Source of the DNA: an uncultured Deinococcaceae bacterium
Lineage (GTDB): Bacteria > Deinococcota > Deinococci > Deinococcales > Deinococcaceae
Assembly: GCA_963760145.1 (NCBI GenBank)
Contig: CAVXBW010000019.1
Location: 68,348 to 132,347 of the forward strand
Length of the DNA: 64,000 nt
Direction: 5' to 3'
In this document: positions 34,601 to 49,594 of the stretch, piece by piece
How the letters are laid out: every line of letters starts with the position of its first letter
Numbering within the stretch: position 1 is the first letter of the stretch
The notes under the pieces: generated by a model
What the model saw: only the letters and a program-made list of their open reading frames with translations
Told to the model about the DNA's origin: nothing
The model's database searches: none
Translations under genes and position numbers: made by a program

Positions 34601-35086
34601 TTAGAAATCGTCTTCGTCGTGGTCCTCGCCGTCATGGACGTGGCCGTGCGAGAGCTCCTCGGCGGTGGCGTCGCGCACGCTCTTGACGGTCACGTCGAAG
34701 TTGAGCACTTCACCGGCCAGCGGCGGGTTGAAGTCCACCGTCACGTCGTCGCCTTCCAGCGACATCACGGTAAAGGGCGTGACGCTGCCGTCCTCGGACT
34801 GAGCGAAGTAGGTGGCCCCCACTTCGATGTCGTCGTCAAAGTCCTCGCGGGCGATCACCTGAACAGCTTCGTCGTCGCGCTCGCCGTAGCCCTCGTCCGG
34901 CTGCACCGTGACTTGCAGGTGGTCACCGGCCGCCTTGCCTTCGAGGGCTTTTTCCAGGCCCGGAATGATGTTGCCGTGGCCCTGCAAATACACCAATGGA
35001 TCGCCGCTCTCGCTTTGGTCCACCACTTCGCCGTTGACGCTCAGGGTGTATTCGATTTCGACGACTTTGTTGTTGCTGATGTTCAT
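34601..35086 (-). CDS. slyD: FKBP-type peptidyl-prolyl isomerase SlyD
   Basis: YLQGHGNIIPGLE, VDFNPPLAG, His-rich tail. Confidence 0.93.
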   Translation of the reverse strand: MNISNNKVVEIEYTLSVNGEVVDQSESGDPLVYLQGHGNIIPGLEKALEGKAAGDHLQVTVQPDEGYGERDDEAVQVIAREDFDDDIEVGATYFAQSEDGSVTPFTVMSLEGDDVTVDFNPPLAGEVLNFDVTVKSVRDATAEELSHGHVHDGEDHDEDDF

Positions 35087-35310
35087 GTGCTCTCCTTGGG
35101 GGTGGATGCGGCGCGGCCACGCGCTTCCGACTTTATCTGGATTTGGCGTACAGCATACCCCAGGCCCGCGCCCAGATTCCCGCGCTGCTTTCGTTCGCCG
35201 CGCCAAGGCGACGTGTTAGCATGCACAAGCTGGGTGGGCCGCAGCCGCTGGTATGCCGGCGGCCGCGCCAGGGCCGCAAGCTGGTCCCCACCATGAGGAG
35301 AAGAGCAACC

Positions 35311-35817
35311 ATGACCGACGTTCAAGCCGATTTCGCTGCCACGGCTCCCAACTCCGTGATGGAGATTCAAGCTGTCTTACAGACTTTGCCGCACCGCTTT
35401 CCGTTCGTGCTGGTTGACCGGGTACTCTCGCACGGCGGCGGCGCGGTGCATGCCCTGAAGAATGTCAGCATCGGTGAACCGTTTTTTGCAGGACACTTTC
35501 CCACCGAGCCGGTGATGCCCGGCGTGCTGATCGTCGAGGCGCTGGCGCAGGCAAGCATGTTCTGCTTGCCGCTGGAACCGGGAACCATCGGCTACCTGGC
35601 CGGGGTGGAAAGCGCACGCTTTAAGCGCAAGGTGGTGCCGGGCGACCAGCTTCACCTGCATGCCAAGCTGGAGTTTTTGCGCCGGGGCCTGGGCAAGACC
35701 ACCTGCCGGGCCGAGGTCGACGGCGTGGTGGTGGCCGAGGCGACGATTCTGTTCGCCGTGCCGAGCGCGCCGAGGCCCGCAGCAGGCCCGGCGCCCACTG
35801 AGGAAACGAGCCGCTAA
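35311..35817 (+). CDS. fabZ: 3-hydroxyacyl-ACP dehydratase
   Basis: LPHRFPFVLVDRV, GHFPTEPVMPGVLIVEALAQ. Confidence 0.96.
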   Translation: MTDVQADFAATAPNSVMEIQAVLQTLPHRFPFVLVDRVLSHGGGAVHALKNVSIGEPFFAGHFPTEPVMPGVLIVEALAQASMFCLPLEPGTIGYLAGVESARFKRKVVPGDQLHLHAKLEFLRRGLGKTTCRAEVDGVVVAEATILFAVPSAPRPAAGPAPTEETSR

Positions 35818-36960
35818 GTGCGCTTAACCCGCTACGTCACCCGCGAACTGGTGCCGCCGCTGCTGGCCGGTACCCTGATGTTCACCGCCGTGCTGAGCTT
35901 CGGGTACTTTTTTATCAGCTCGCAGTTCATCGTCGGCGCGCCGCTCCTGCTGATCTTGCAGTGGATCGCCTACCAGATTCCCGATACCCTGGTCAAAATC
36001 TTTCCGATGGCGGTGGTGCTGATGGTGGTGGTGGCCTTCGGGCGCATGGCGACCGAGCGCGAACTCGTGGCGGTGCAGTCCGGCGGCGTCTCGCTGGGGC
36101 GCTTGGCGCGTCCAGCGGCGGCGGCGGCCTTGATCATCACGGCGCTCTCGGTGTGGCTTTCTCTGTGGGTGGCGCCGCAGGCCAACGTCGCCACCCGCAG
36201 TCTCTACTGGGACGCCCTGACCGGCGCGGGCCTGAGCACCCTCAGCGGCAAGACGCTCGATCTGGGCAACAACTTGCTGCTCAGCCCCGGCCGCTACGAC
36301 ACGGCCAAGCGCCAGATGAACGGCGTGCGTATCGAGCAGTGGTCGCCGCAAAACGCCCGGCAGGGCACCATCATCTTTGCCGAGCGCGGCACCTTCACCG
36401 GCAACGAGATCAAGCTCAAGAATTACCAGATCTATACCGTCAACTACGCCGGGATTCAGGCGCTGGGGCAGGTGCCTGACGGCGACCCGGCGGCCTTTCA
36501 GGCGGCGGTGCAAAACGTCTTCCCGGCGGTGCAGGCCTCCGAGGACCCCAATGCCGAACTCACCATCGACACCGGCTTGTCGCGGGCCGAGACGCTGGCA
36601 AAATACGCCGACGCCATTGGCGCCGACGCCGCGGGCTGGCCGCAGCTGATCACCCAGCTCACCGCGCCTGACGTGCCGCAATCGGAGCGTGACGCCGCCC
36701 GGCAGACCCTCAACCGCAAGCTCTCGCTGCCGTTCGGCAATCTGGTGCTGGCGCTGGCGGCGCTGCCCTTCGCCCTGCGCTTCGGGCGCAGCCTGGGCGT
36801 GGCGCTGGGAAGCGCCCTCTTGATTTCGCTGGTGTACTACCTGCTCTTTTTTGTGGGCCTGACGGTGGCGGGGCAAAGTGTGCAGCTCAGCGAGGTGGGC
36901 GCGTGGCTGGCCAATCTGGTGTTCTTCGTGGCGGGGCTGTGGATGCTTCGCCGGGCCTAA
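35818..36960 (+). CDS. LptF/LptG family permease
   Basis: RYVTRE N-terminus, GRMATERELVAVQSGGVS, six TM layout with periplasmic beta domain, AWLANL. Confidence 0.9.
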   Translation: MRLTRYVTRELVPPLLAGTLMFTAVLSFGYFFISSQFIVGAPLLLILQWIAYQIPDTLVKIFPMAVVLMVVVAFGRMATERELVAVQSGGVSLGRLARPAAAAALIITALSVWLSLWVAPQANVATRSLYWDALTGAGLSTLSGKTLDLGNNLLLSPGRYDTAKRQMNGVRIEQWSPQNARQGTIIFAERGTFTGNEIKLKNYQIYTVNYAGIQALGQVPDGDPAAFQAAVQNVFPAVQASEDPNAELTIDTGLSRAETLAKYADAIGADAAGWPQLITQLTAPDVPQSERDAARQTLNRKLSLPFGNLVLALAALPFALRFGRSLGVALGSALLISLVYYLLFFVGLTVAGQSVQLSEVGAWLANLVFFVAGLWMLRRA

Positions 36961-36965
36961 CGTTG

Positions 36966-38084
36966 ATGAAAACGCTGATTCTCTCGGCCTCGTTCGGCAG
37001 CGGCCACCATCAAGCCAACGAAGCGGTGGGTCAGGCCTTGCAAGCGCTCTTGCCGAGTACCCAGGCGCGTCAGACCGACTTTCTGCGCCACCTGCGCGGC
37101 TACGAGCGCAGCGTGGTGCTGGGCACCTACCTGGCGTGGCTGCGTCACAGCCCGGAAACCTACCGCTGGTACTACCATTTCACCGACCGCGAAACGGAGC
37201 CCAAGACCATCCGCGACACGTATAAATGGATGGGCCGTCAGGGACTCAGGCGCGAACTGCTCAGCTACCAGCCGCAGGTGGTGGTGAGTTCGTACCCCAC
37301 TCCGGCGGCGGTGGCGGGCCACCTGCGCGCGCGCGAGCAGTTTGACTTCCTCAACGTGCTCGTCGTTACCGATTACAGAGTTCACCAGCACTGGGTGCGG
37401 CCCGAGGCCGATTTGCTGCTGGTGCCGACGCCGGAAACCGGCCGGCAGATGGTCGAGCGCGGCATTCCCGAGGAGCGGGTGGTGGTCACCGGGATTCCGA
37501 TTCATCCGCGCTACCGCGAGCTGATCGGGGCCGACAAAGCGGCGCTGCGGCTCAAGCACGGCCTCGATCCGCAGGTGCCGCTGCTGCTGCTGTCGGGCGG
37601 CGGGCAGGGCACCTACCGCAGCCTTGAAAAAGTACTGCGCGAACTCGGCGCGCTGGGCCGGCCCGTGCAGGTGCTGGTGCTGGCCGGGCGCGGCGCGGCG
37701 CGGGTGCAGCAGAGGGGCTCGGCCACCATTCACCGGCTGGGGTTTACCAACGCCTTTCCCGAACTGCTGGCCGCCTCCGATCTGGTGGTGGGCAAGGCCG
37801 GCGGCCTGACGGTGGCCGAGGCCACCACCCTGGGCGTGCCGATGGTGATTTACGATCCGATTCCTGGGCAAGAAGAGTATAACGCCGAGTATTTGGTGCG
37901 CGGTCAGGCGGCCATCTGGACCCGCACCCTGGCCGAGGTGCGTCCGGCGGTGCGGCGTGCCCTGGAACCCGCCGAGTATGCCCGGCTCAGTGAAGGCTCG
38001 CGGAAACTCGGCGTGCCGGACGCCGCCGAGCGCACAGCGCGGGCGATTCTCAAAGCCTTTGGGCAGCGCTCCTCCTCGCCGTGA
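36966..38084 (+). CDS. MGDG synthase/UgtP-like GT28 diacylglycerol glycosyltransferase
   Basis: SASFGSGHHQA, VVTDY, GIPI, KAGGLTVAEA, PGQEEYNA. Confidence 0.92.
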   Translation: MKTLILSASFGSGHHQANEAVGQALQALLPSTQARQTDFLRHLRGYERSVVLGTYLAWLRHSPETYRWYYHFTDRETEPKTIRDTYKWMGRQGLRRELLSYQPQVVVSSYPTPAAVAGHLRAREQFDFLNVLVVTDYRVHQHWVRPEADLLLVPTPETGRQMVERGIPEERVVVTGIPIHPRYRELIGADKAALRLKHGLDPQVPLLLLSGGGQGTYRSLEKVLRELGALGRPVQVLVLAGRGAARVQQRGSATIHRLGFTNAFPELLAASDLVVGKAGGLTVAEATTLGVPMVIYDPIPGQEEYNAEYLVRGQAAIWTRTLAEVRPAVRRALEPAEYARLSEGSRKLGVPDAAERTARAILKAFGQRSSSP

Positions 38085-39337
38085 AACGCGCGTTGCGGGC
38101 CGGTCTGGTGGCTGGGCTGGCCGCTTACCTGGGTTTGCCGTACTTGCTGGCGCAGCGGCTGGGGCTGGGGCTGGCGCGGCAGGGCAGCTGGAGCCACTAC
38201 GATCTGGCCCTGACGTTTGACGACGGCCCCGACCCCGTCACCACCCCGGCGGTGCTCGACGCCCTGGCGGCGGCGGGAGCGAGCGCCACCTTCTTTGTGC
38301 TCCTCAGCCGCGCCGAGGCGCACCCGGCGCTGATCGAGCGGATGCGGCGAGAAGGTCACCAGATCGAGCTGCACGCTCTTTGCCACCGTCACGGCTGGCT
38401 GCGCAGTCCCTGGAGCGCTGTGCTGGAGCCGCGCGTGGGCGCCGAGCGCCTGACCCGCCTGACCGGTGAGCGTCCGCGCTTTCACCGCCCGCCGCACGGC
38501 GCGTATACGCTCGCGACCTTGCTGGGCCAGCGCCGCGCCGGACTGATCGGAGCGCACTGGGACGTCGAGGCCCACGACTGGCATCCCGCTTTCACGCCGC
38601 AGCGGGTGCTGGCACGGGTGCTGGCGCGGGCGCACCCCGGCGCGGTGGTCGTGCTGCACGACGCCGGGCCCGGCGCAGCCAACACCGTGCGGGCGCTGCC
38701 GGCCCTGCTCTCAGGGCTGAGCGAGCGCGGCTACACCTTTCACACCCTCAATACCTTGCCGGGGCTGCGGCCGCTGGGCCGCGCCGACTTGCCGCGCCGA
38801 CTCTCGGGCCTGCTCGACAAGCTCTTTGACCGGCTGGGCCAGCTGGAGCCGGTGATGGGCCGCGCCGACAGCGCCTTCCGGGTGGGCGTGGTGCGCCTGC
38901 CCTCGGGACCGTTCACCCTGCGGAGCGGGCGGGTCGTCGAGAAGGGGGCCAGGGTCATCGAGCTGCACGTCAACAATCCGCACATGGTGGATTTCGGCGT
39001 CAAGCGCGGCATGCGCCGGGCCGTCGCCTGGGACTTGCCGTGGCTGGCCGAGCAGATTCTGAACCGCCCGGAGTGGCGCAGCGCCGAGGCGGTGTATACC
39101 CTCGGCAGTCTGGCGTCGCTCTCGGCGATGTTCGGCCTGGAAAACCACGATCTGCCGCCTGCCGACACCCGGCGGCTGACCCGCTGGGCCAATCTGCTGC
39201 GCCTGGCCTACGGCAACCCGCCGGCCGCGCCGGTTGCCAAGCTCAGCTTGCTCGACATGGAATCGTTTCTGGCCCGCTACGCCGGAAAGGGTAAAGACCA
39301 GGCCGAGGGCGGCCCCGCGCCGAAACCCAGAGCCTGA
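38081..39337 (+). CDS. CE4 polysaccharide deacetylase fused to a YkoP-like C-terminal domain
   Basis: LTFDDGP, H-x-x-x-H, RPPHG, VLHD; C-terminal IELHVNN resembles YkoP. Confidence 0.85.
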   Translation: MKRALRAGLVAGLAAYLGLPYLLAQRLGLGLARQGSWSHYDLALTFDDGPDPVTTPAVLDALAAAGASATFFVLLSRAEAHPALIERMRREGHQIELHALCHRHGWLRSPWSAVLEPRVGAERLTRLTGERPRFHRPPHGAYTLATLLGQRRAGLIGAHWDVEAHDWHPAFTPQRVLARVLARAHPGAVVVLHDAGPGAANTVRALPALLSGLSERGYTFHTLNTLPGLRPLGRADLPRRLSGLLDKLFDRLGQLEPVMGRADSAFRVGVVRLPSGPFTLRSGRVVEKGARVIELHVNNPHMVDFGVKRGMRRAVAWDLPWLAEQILNRPEWRSAEAVYTLGSLASLSAMFGLENHDLPPADTRRLTRWANLLRLAYGNPPAAPVAKLSLLDMESFLARYAGKGKDQAEGGPAPKPRA

Positions 39338-39405
39338 GGAAGCCAAAAAAGAGCATGCTCCGAAAGGGACACATGCTCAACTTGGGTCTGGTGTTGGCGC
39401 GGCGT

Positions 39406-40734
<1,329 letters not shown>

Positions 40735-40970
40735 AACTGACTCTCCTTTGCGGTGTCGCAGGTCCGGCGGAGTCGTGCCGGGCATGCGCCGAATCATTGT
40801 GCCCCGGCTTTTTTTAAGCCTGGGGTCATCTCGGGCGCTCTTTGAAGTTGCCTGGAGCAACGGGAGCGCAAAGCAAAATAGTCTATGAGATCAAGGTATG
40901 GCCGTTTGTAATCTAGCTCTCGTTCATGTCTGCATCTTGACGAGGGCTTGGCCGCCGCGACAATACCTGT

Positions 40971-41465
40971 ATGGACGATCTGCTGGCTTTGCTCGATTAT
41001 CACACCTGGGCCGTGGACCTCACCGTGCGGGCGCTGACGCCGCTGAGTGCCGAGGAGTTCGGGCGCGATCTGGGCGGCAGCCACGGCGGAGTGCAGGGAA
41101 CCCTGGCCCACCTCTACGGCTCGGACCTGATCTGGGCGGCGCGGCTGAGTGAACAGGCGCCGCCCGCGTTTCCTGGGCCCGGCGACTTGCCCGCTTCCGG
41201 CGACCTGCTGGCGCTGTGGTCGGCGGCTCTGGCGGCCCGCCGCGCCAGGGTCGCCACCCTGAATCCTGAGCAGCGCCTGCACTACTCCAACCTGCGCGGC
41301 GAGGCGATGGTCAGCCGGGTCGGCGAGATGGTGCGCCACCTGGTCAACCACGGCGCCTATCACCGCGGGCAGCTCGTCACCTTCTTGCGCCAGCTCGGTT
41401 ACGCCGCGCCGAACACCGACCTGATCGGCTTTTACCGGGCGCGTGAGCGTACTGATCAAAGCTAA
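40971..41465 (+). CDS. DinB family protein
   Basis: GTLAHL...HLVNHGAYHRGQ. Confidence 0.9.
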   Translation: MDDLLALLDYHTWAVDLTVRALTPLSAEEFGRDLGGSHGGVQGTLAHLYGSDLIWAARLSEQAPPAFPGPGDLPASGDLLALWSAALAARRARVATLNPEQRLHYSNLRGEAMVSRVGEMVRHLVNHGAYHRGQLVTFLRQLGYAAPNTDLIGFYRARERTDQS

Positions 41466-41591
41466 ACCGTGCCGCGCCTTCCCAACCGCTTCCGGCACAT
41501 CTGTTAAACTGCCGCGTTTGGGGTCAGCCCGCCGGCAGAAATGCGTTACCAACAAGCGGCGGCAGAGGTGGCCCACATCAAGGAGTCCGAC

Positions 41592-43073
<1,482 letters not shown>

Positions 43074-43159
43074 ACCGCTGCCCGCAAGCAGGCGGGATGA
43101 CTAGACAAAGGCCGCAGAGCTGATACTCACCCTACAGTGAGTCATACTACAGTTGAGTC

Positions 43160-43546
43160 ATGGTGAGCGGATTTCAGAAGTTCCTGCTGCGCGGCAACTT
43201 GATTGACCTGGCCGTCGGTGTCTTGATCGGAGCGGCGTTCGGCAAGGTGGTGGAGTCGTTTACCAGCGGCCTGATTTTGCCGATCATCGGCATCTTTGGC
43301 GGCGTGCCTGATTTCTCGGCCCTGACCTTTTCCATCAACGGCAGCGTCTTCAAGTACGGGGCATTTATCACCGCCCTGCTCAGTTTCCTGCTGGCCGCCG
43401 CGGTGATCTATTTCTTTGTGATCGTGCCGTTTAACCGCTTGATGGAGCGCTTCAAGCGTCAGGAAAAACCGGCCCTCGCGGAGCCGAGCAACGAGGAAAA
43501 GTTGCTGGCCGAAATCCGCGACGCCCTCAAGCAGCGGCCCCTGTAA
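43160..43546 (+). CDS. mscL: large-conductance mechanosensitive channel
   Basis: FLLRGNLIDLAVGVLIGAAF...LLAEIRDAL. Confidence 0.97.
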   Translation: MVSGFQKFLLRGNLIDLAVGVLIGAAFGKVVESFTSGLILPIIGIFGGVPDFSALTFSINGSVFKYGAFITALLSFLLAAAVIYFFVIVPFNRLMERFKRQEKPALAEPSNEEKLLAEIRDALKQRPL

Positions 43547-43596
43547 CTTGGGGCCGGTGGGAAAAAGTGGGCAGCGGTTTTGGGTATGGTAGAAGC

Positions 43597-44049
43597 ATGA
43601 GCCGCAGCCAGCACTACGTCCGCAGTTTTCAGATGCACCGCGCCGCCCTGCAAGACCTCTACGCCGAGTTGCCCGGCGACCAGGGCCACTTCAAGGCCTG
43701 GGAGGAGGGCATGAGTTTTACCGCGCTGGCCGATCACCTGTCGACCTCGCTGGAGCGCCTTGAGTCGATGCTGAGCGGCGAAGCGCCGGCGCCCGGCGCA
43801 GAAGGCAGCGCCGACCTTGCCTCGGCGCGGCGGCGTCTGGCGCACAGCGGCGAGCAGTTTGCCGCCATGGTCAGTGCCCTCAGTGACGAGGACTTGTCGC
43901 GGCGCATTCCGGCGTTCGGCGGCCGGGAGATGCCGATCAGCGCCCTGCTGGACTTCATCATCAGCCACGAAGCGCACCACAAAGGTCAGGCCTGGATGAT
44001 GGCGCGGATGGTCGGAGTCAAGCCGCCCATGTTCGTCAAGCTGGGATAA
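43597..44049 (+). CDS. DinB family protein
   Basis: LADHL...HEAHHKGQ. Confidence 0.88.
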   Translation: MSRSQHYVRSFQMHRAALQDLYAELPGDQGHFKAWEEGMSFTALADHLSTSLERLESMLSGEAPAPGAEGSADLASARRRLAHSGEQFAAMVSALSDEDLSRRIPAFGGREMPISALLDFIISHEAHHKGQAWMMARMVGVKPPMFVKLG

Positions 44050-44057
44050 AGAAAATT

Positions 44058-44825
44058 TCAGCGCGGCGCCAGCAGCGCACTCTCACGGGTAAAACTCAGG
44101 ATCAAGTTGCCGGTGCCCACCGCGCCCCTGAGAATGCCGTTGCGGTTGTAGCTGATCAGCACGCTGCCGTCGCTGAGCGAGAGCAGCGCGAAGTGCCCGT
44201 TGAGCGCCGTCTGCGTCACCGGATTGCTGCCGCGCACCTTCCAGACGTAGCCGCTGCGCCGCCCCAGCGGGTCGTCGGCGGCCTGAGCCTGCGCCGCCGA
44301 GATCACCAGCGTTTCGGGCCGGGCCGAGAAGCCCTCAGGAAAGCGCATATCGCCGGTGATCAGGTCGAGGGTAATGCCGCGCAGCAGCGCCGTACCGCCC
44401 GCGTCGCCGAAGGTCAGGTGGGTGCTGTTACGCACCACGCTCAGGCGCACGACCTTGCCGTTGGGCTGCAATTCCTGCTGAATCACCAGGTAACGCTGAA
44501 AGTCGGCTTCGCTGATCTTGACCCGCTTGTCGTACAGCGGGGCCACGCCGCGTTCGGCGCTGCTGAGCATCTGCTCCAGCACCCGCTGGTCGCCGCCCAC
44601 GTCCATGACCCGGCGGCGCACCTCGGTCATCGAGAACTTGGGGCGCGTTTCCATCACCTGGGCCAGCTGACCGCTCTGCGGCAACAGCGGCGTGAGCCGG
44701 CTGCGCCAGTCGCTCTGGGCGGTTAGGCCCGGCGGCGCACTGGCCGACACAGAGATGGCCGTTCCCCCAACGAGCGCCAGCGCACTCAGAACAGGCAAAA
44801 AACGGCGGAAGTTGCGCGGGAACAT
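44058..44825 (-). CDS. secreted hypothetical protein
   Basis: Signal peptide MFPRNFRRFLPVLSALALVGG...ASA; C-terminal part of ORF 44058..46229. Confidence 0.7.
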   Translation of the reverse strand: MFPRNFRRFLPVLSALALVGGTAISVSASAPPGLTAQSDWRSRLTPLLPQSGQLAQVMETRPKFSMTEVRRRVMDVGGDQRVLEQMLSSAERGVAPLYDKRVKISEADFQRYLVIQQELQPNGKVVRLSVVRNSTHLTFGDAGGTALLRGITLDLITGDMRFPEGFSARPETLVISAAQAQAADDPLGRRSGYVWKVRGSNPVTQTALNGHFALLSLSDGSVLISYNRNGILRGAVGTGNLILSFTRESALLAPR

Positions 44826-44954
44826 TCGAATCAAAGCATAGCGGGCGCAAGTGAGAAGTTCTGCGGTCACGGCCTGCCGCGTCCTCATCCGGAAGCTGGC
44901 TTTGTGGGCCGGGCCAGGGTGAACCGGGCCCGGACGAAGTGTTACCCTCTGCCC

Positions 44955-46319
44955 ATGACCTCTTTTGCGCCCACAGTGCCGTCCGACGCCGACCTCGCGC
45001 CTTTCGTCGAGCAGGGCCTGGCTGACCTTACCGCGTTGGTGGCCCTGGAGAGCGTCAGCGCCCAGCGCCGGATGCTGCCGGAAACCGCGGCCGCCGTGAC
45101 CCGCTTGCTGGAAGCCGAGGGCTTTACGGTGCGCCAGTACCCCGGCGAGGTGGCTCCGGTACTGGTGGCCGAGGCCGGAGAGGGCGAGCGCACCCTGCTG
45201 ATCTACAACCACTACGACGTGCAGCCGGAAAGCCCGCTGGCGCTCTGGGACTCGCCGCCCTTTGCCCTCACCGAGCGTGGGGGCCGGCTCTACGGGCGCG
45301 GCGCCAGCGACGACAAGGGCGAGTTCGCTTCGCGTCTGGCGGCCCTGCGGGCGGTGAAGGCCAGAAACGGCGGCACGTTGCCGCTGCGGGTGCGCTGGCT
45401 GATCGAGGGCGAAGAGGAAATCGGCAGCCCCAGTCTGGCCTCGTTCGTGGAGCAGCACGCGGGCGAACTGAGTGCCGACGGCTGCTGGTGGGAATTTGGC
45501 AGCGTCACGTCCGACGGCACGCCGCAGTTGTTTCTGGGCCTCAAGGGCATCGTCTGCTTGGAACTGCGCTGCCGGGTGGCCGACTCGGACTTGCACAGCA
45601 GCCTCGGCGCGGTGATCGACAACCCGCTGTGGCGCCTCGCGGCGGCGGTCGCTGGCCTGCGCGACGCTTCGGGGCGCGTGACCATTCCCGGCTTTCACGA
45701 CGGCGTGCGCCCGCCGAGTGCGGCCGACCTGCAAGCGGTCTCGGCCTTGCCCGACGCCCGCACCCCGCTGCAAGACACCTACCGGGTAACCCGATTTCTG
45801 GGTGAGGCGGCCGAGCACCAGCACCGCTCGAACTTCATGCCGGTGCTCAACATCAACGGCTTTCACGGCGGCTACAGTGAAGCGGGCAGTAAAACCGTGC
45901 TGCCCGCCGAGGGCTTTGTCAAACTGGACTTCCGCTTGGTGCCGGACCAGGATCCGGCCAGGGTCGTGGCGTTGCTCAGAGCGCACCTGAAGGCGCAGGG
46001 CTTCGGCGACATCGAAGTGATTGAACTCGAATCGCACGAGGAACCGGGACGCACGCCTGCCGACGCTCCCTTTGTCGCGACCGTGCGCTCGGCGCTGGAA
46101 GCGGCCTACGGCAAAGCGCCGCAGGTGTTTCCGTCGAGCGGCGGTAGCGGCCCGGTGCATCCGTTCTTGCACCACGTCGGCGTGCCGGTGGCGATGATGG
46201 GCATCGGCAACCTCGGAGGGCGGGTGCACGCGCCGAACGAGAACATCCTCAGGCGCGATTTTGTTTCCGGGGTGCGCTTCGGGGTGGTGTTTTTAGAAGC
46301 GCTGGCGCGGAGCGAGTAA
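44955..46319 (+). CDS. M20/ArgE-DapE family peptidase
   Basis: YNHYDVQP, GRGASDDKG, EGEEEIGS, HAPNEN. Confidence 0.93.
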   Translation: MTSFAPTVPSDADLAPFVEQGLADLTALVALESVSAQRRMLPETAAAVTRLLEAEGFTVRQYPGEVAPVLVAEAGEGERTLLIYNHYDVQPESPLALWDSPPFALTERGGRLYGRGASDDKGEFASRLAALRAVKARNGGTLPLRVRWLIEGEEEIGSPSLASFVEQHAGELSADGCWWEFGSVTSDGTPQLFLGLKGIVCLELRCRVADSDLHSSLGAVIDNPLWRLAAAVAGLRDASGRVTIPGFHDGVRPPSAADLQAVSALPDARTPLQDTYRVTRFLGEAAEHQHRSNFMPVLNINGFHGGYSEAGSKTVLPAEGFVKLDFRLVPDQDPARVVALLRAHLKAQGFGDIEVIELESHEEPGRTPADAPFVATVRSALEAAYGKAPQVFPSSGGSGPVHPFLHHVGVPVAMMGIGNLGGRVHAPNENILRRDFVSGVRFGVVFLEALARSE

Positions 46320-46341
46320 AGCGCCTCGGCCATCAAAAAGG

Positions 46342-46374
46342 AAAAAGGCCCGGCTGAAGATGCCGGGCCTTTTT
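46342..46374. terminator. bidirectional intrinsic terminator
   Basis: AAAAAGGCCCGGC-loop-GCCGGGCCTTTTT. Confidence 0.85.
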
Positions 46375-46390
46375 GTTGCGCGGAGTTGGG

Positions 46391-46951
<561 letters not shown>

Positions 46952-47015
46952 GGTCCGCATTCTAACCGCGCAGGCTCATGAGAGCCATGCACAGACGCTC
47001 AAGGCCGGGACAGGT

Positions 47016-47831
<816 letters not shown>

Positions 47832-47950
47832 TCCGCAAGTTTAGAGGATGCGTCCATGAGAGGCGAGCCGGGAAGCAGGGGAGGCGGAGCGAGGGCAGGT
47901 TCGGCTCCGCCGGAGACAGGACCCCGCCCCGCTGAGCTAGACTCGGGGGC

Positions 47951-48625
47951 GTGATTGTAACGATTGACGGCGTGGCGGCCAGCGGCAAATCCAGCGTGGC
48001 GAGCGGCGTGGCCCGCGCCCTGGGCGTGCCGTATGTCTCCAGCGGCCTGCTCTACCGAGCGGCCACCCTGCTGGCCCTGGAAGCCGGCACCGACCTGACC
48101 GACGCGCCGGCCCTGCTCAACCTCCTCGAGCGCTCGCCGCTGCGCCTGGACCCGTTACCTGGGGGCAACGCGGTGTTTCTGATCGGGCCACAGGGCGAGC
48201 GCGACCTGACAGCGCAGGCCCACACCAGCGCGGTGGACGGCGGGGTCAGCGCTGTAGCGCAGCTGCCCGAACTGCGCGGCTGGGTCAATGCCCGGCTGCG
48301 CGCCCTGACGCCGCCGTTCGTGGCCGAGGGGCGCGACATGGGCACGGCGGTGTTTCCCGGCGCTCAGGCCAAGTTCTTTCTGAGTGCCTCGCCGAAGGTG
48401 CGGGCGCTGCGCCGGGTCAAGGAGCGCCTGGAGGACGTGGAAGCGGTGGAAGCCGCCCTGATCGCCCGCGACGCCAAAGACCGATTGCAGTCGCGTCCCG
48501 CGCCCGACGCGCACCGGCTCGATACCAGCGCCCTGGACCTGCCCGGCGTGATTGCGGCCGTGCTCGCGGAGTTGCGCGGCGCGGGCCTGATACCGCCCCG
48601 TCAGGCGGTTTCCGATTTATCATGA
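47951..48625 (+). CDS. cmk: cytidylate kinase
   Basis: [30 protein letters not shown]. Confidence 0.95.
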   Translation: MIVTIDGVAASGKSSVASGVARALGVPYVSSGLLYRAATLLALEAGTDLTDAPALLNLLERSPLRLDPLPGGNAVFLIGPQGERDLTAQAHTSAVDGGVSAVAQLPELRGWVNARLRALTPPFVAEGRDMGTAVFPGAQAKFFLSASPKVRALRRVKERLEDVEAVEAALIARDAKDRLQSRPAPDAHRLDTSALDLPGVIAAVLAELRGAGLIPPRQAVSDLS

Positions 48626-48631
48626 GCGCCG

Positions 48632-49594
48632 ATGCCTTCCCTCCATCCTAAAGCGCTCGTTTCGGTGGGCGACCTCGCCTGGGACGTTCTGGCCAAACCC
48701 GACACCATGCTGCTGCCGGGCGGCGACACCACCGGGCGCATGGAACTTTCTCCGGGCGGCAGCGCTGCCAATCTGGCGGTGTGGGCCCGGCGGCTGGGCT
48801 ACCCCACGACCTTTGTGGGCAAAATCGGCACCGGCCACTTCGGGTCGCTGGCGCAGGCCGGGCTGATCGACGAGGGCGTGGACGCCCAGGTCATCCGCAC
48901 GCCGCTGCATCCCACCGGGGTGATTTTGGCCCTGATCGACCACCGGGGCCAGCGGGCCATGCTCACCGGGAAGGGGGCCGACTGGGAATTGCTGCCCGAA
49001 GAGTTGCCGCGCGAAGTGCTGCTCGGCGCGGGCCACGTCCACCTGACCGCCTGGAGCCTCTTTCGCGACCCGCCGCGCGGCGCGGCGCTCGAAGCCGCCA
49101 AGCTGGCCGAGGCCGCCGGCGCGACGCTGAGCCTCGATCCCGGCAGCTTTCAGATGATTCAGCAGGTGGGGCGCGAGAATTTTCTCGACTGGATCAGTGC
49201 CGTGCCGTTTGACATCTTCTTTCCCAACGCCGACGAGGCCCGCGCCATGAGCGGTGAGCGCACCTCCGAGCAGGCGCTGAGCTGGCTGTGCCGCCACTAT
49301 CCCAAAGCGCTGGTGGTGCTGAAGATGGACGAGCACGGCGCCCTGCTGCAAGGCCCCAACCAGCCGCGCACCCACGTCCCGGCCACCCCCGACACCCTGG
49401 TAGACGCCACTGGAGCCGGAGACGCCTTCGGCGGCGGATTTCTGGCGCATTATCTGGCACATGGTGATCCGGTGAAAGCGGCGCAGGTGGCCGCGCAGGT
49501 GGGCGGGTGGGTGGTGTCGCGCTTTGGAGCTCGCCCAGCGGTAGACGAAGCGCTGCGGCTCAGGCTGGCGCCGTTTGATCTGGTGGGCGCGTGA
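48632..49594 (+). CDS. PfkB family carbohydrate kinase
   Basis: [22 protein letters not shown]. Confidence 0.93.
   Translation: MPSLHPKALVSVGDLAWDVLAKPDTMLLPGGDTTGRMELSPGGSAANLAVWARRLGYPTTFVGKIGTGHFGSLAQAGLIDEGVDAQVIRTPLHPTGVILALIDHRGQRAMLTGKGADWELLPEELPREVLLGAGHVHLTAWSLFRDPPRGAALEAAKLAEAAGATLSLDPGSFQMIQQVGRENFLDWISAVPFDIFFPNADEARAMSGERTSEQALSWLCRHYPKALVVLKMDEHGALLQGPNQPRTHVPATPDTLVDATGAGDAFGGGFLAHYLAHGDPVKAAQVAAQVGGWVVSRFGARPAVDEALRLRLAPFDLVGA

Noticed and set aside
44058..46229. 723-aa minus-strand ORF as one gene
   Set aside because: Its 5' two-thirds is antisense to the M20 peptidase; only 44058-44825 with a signal peptide is credible
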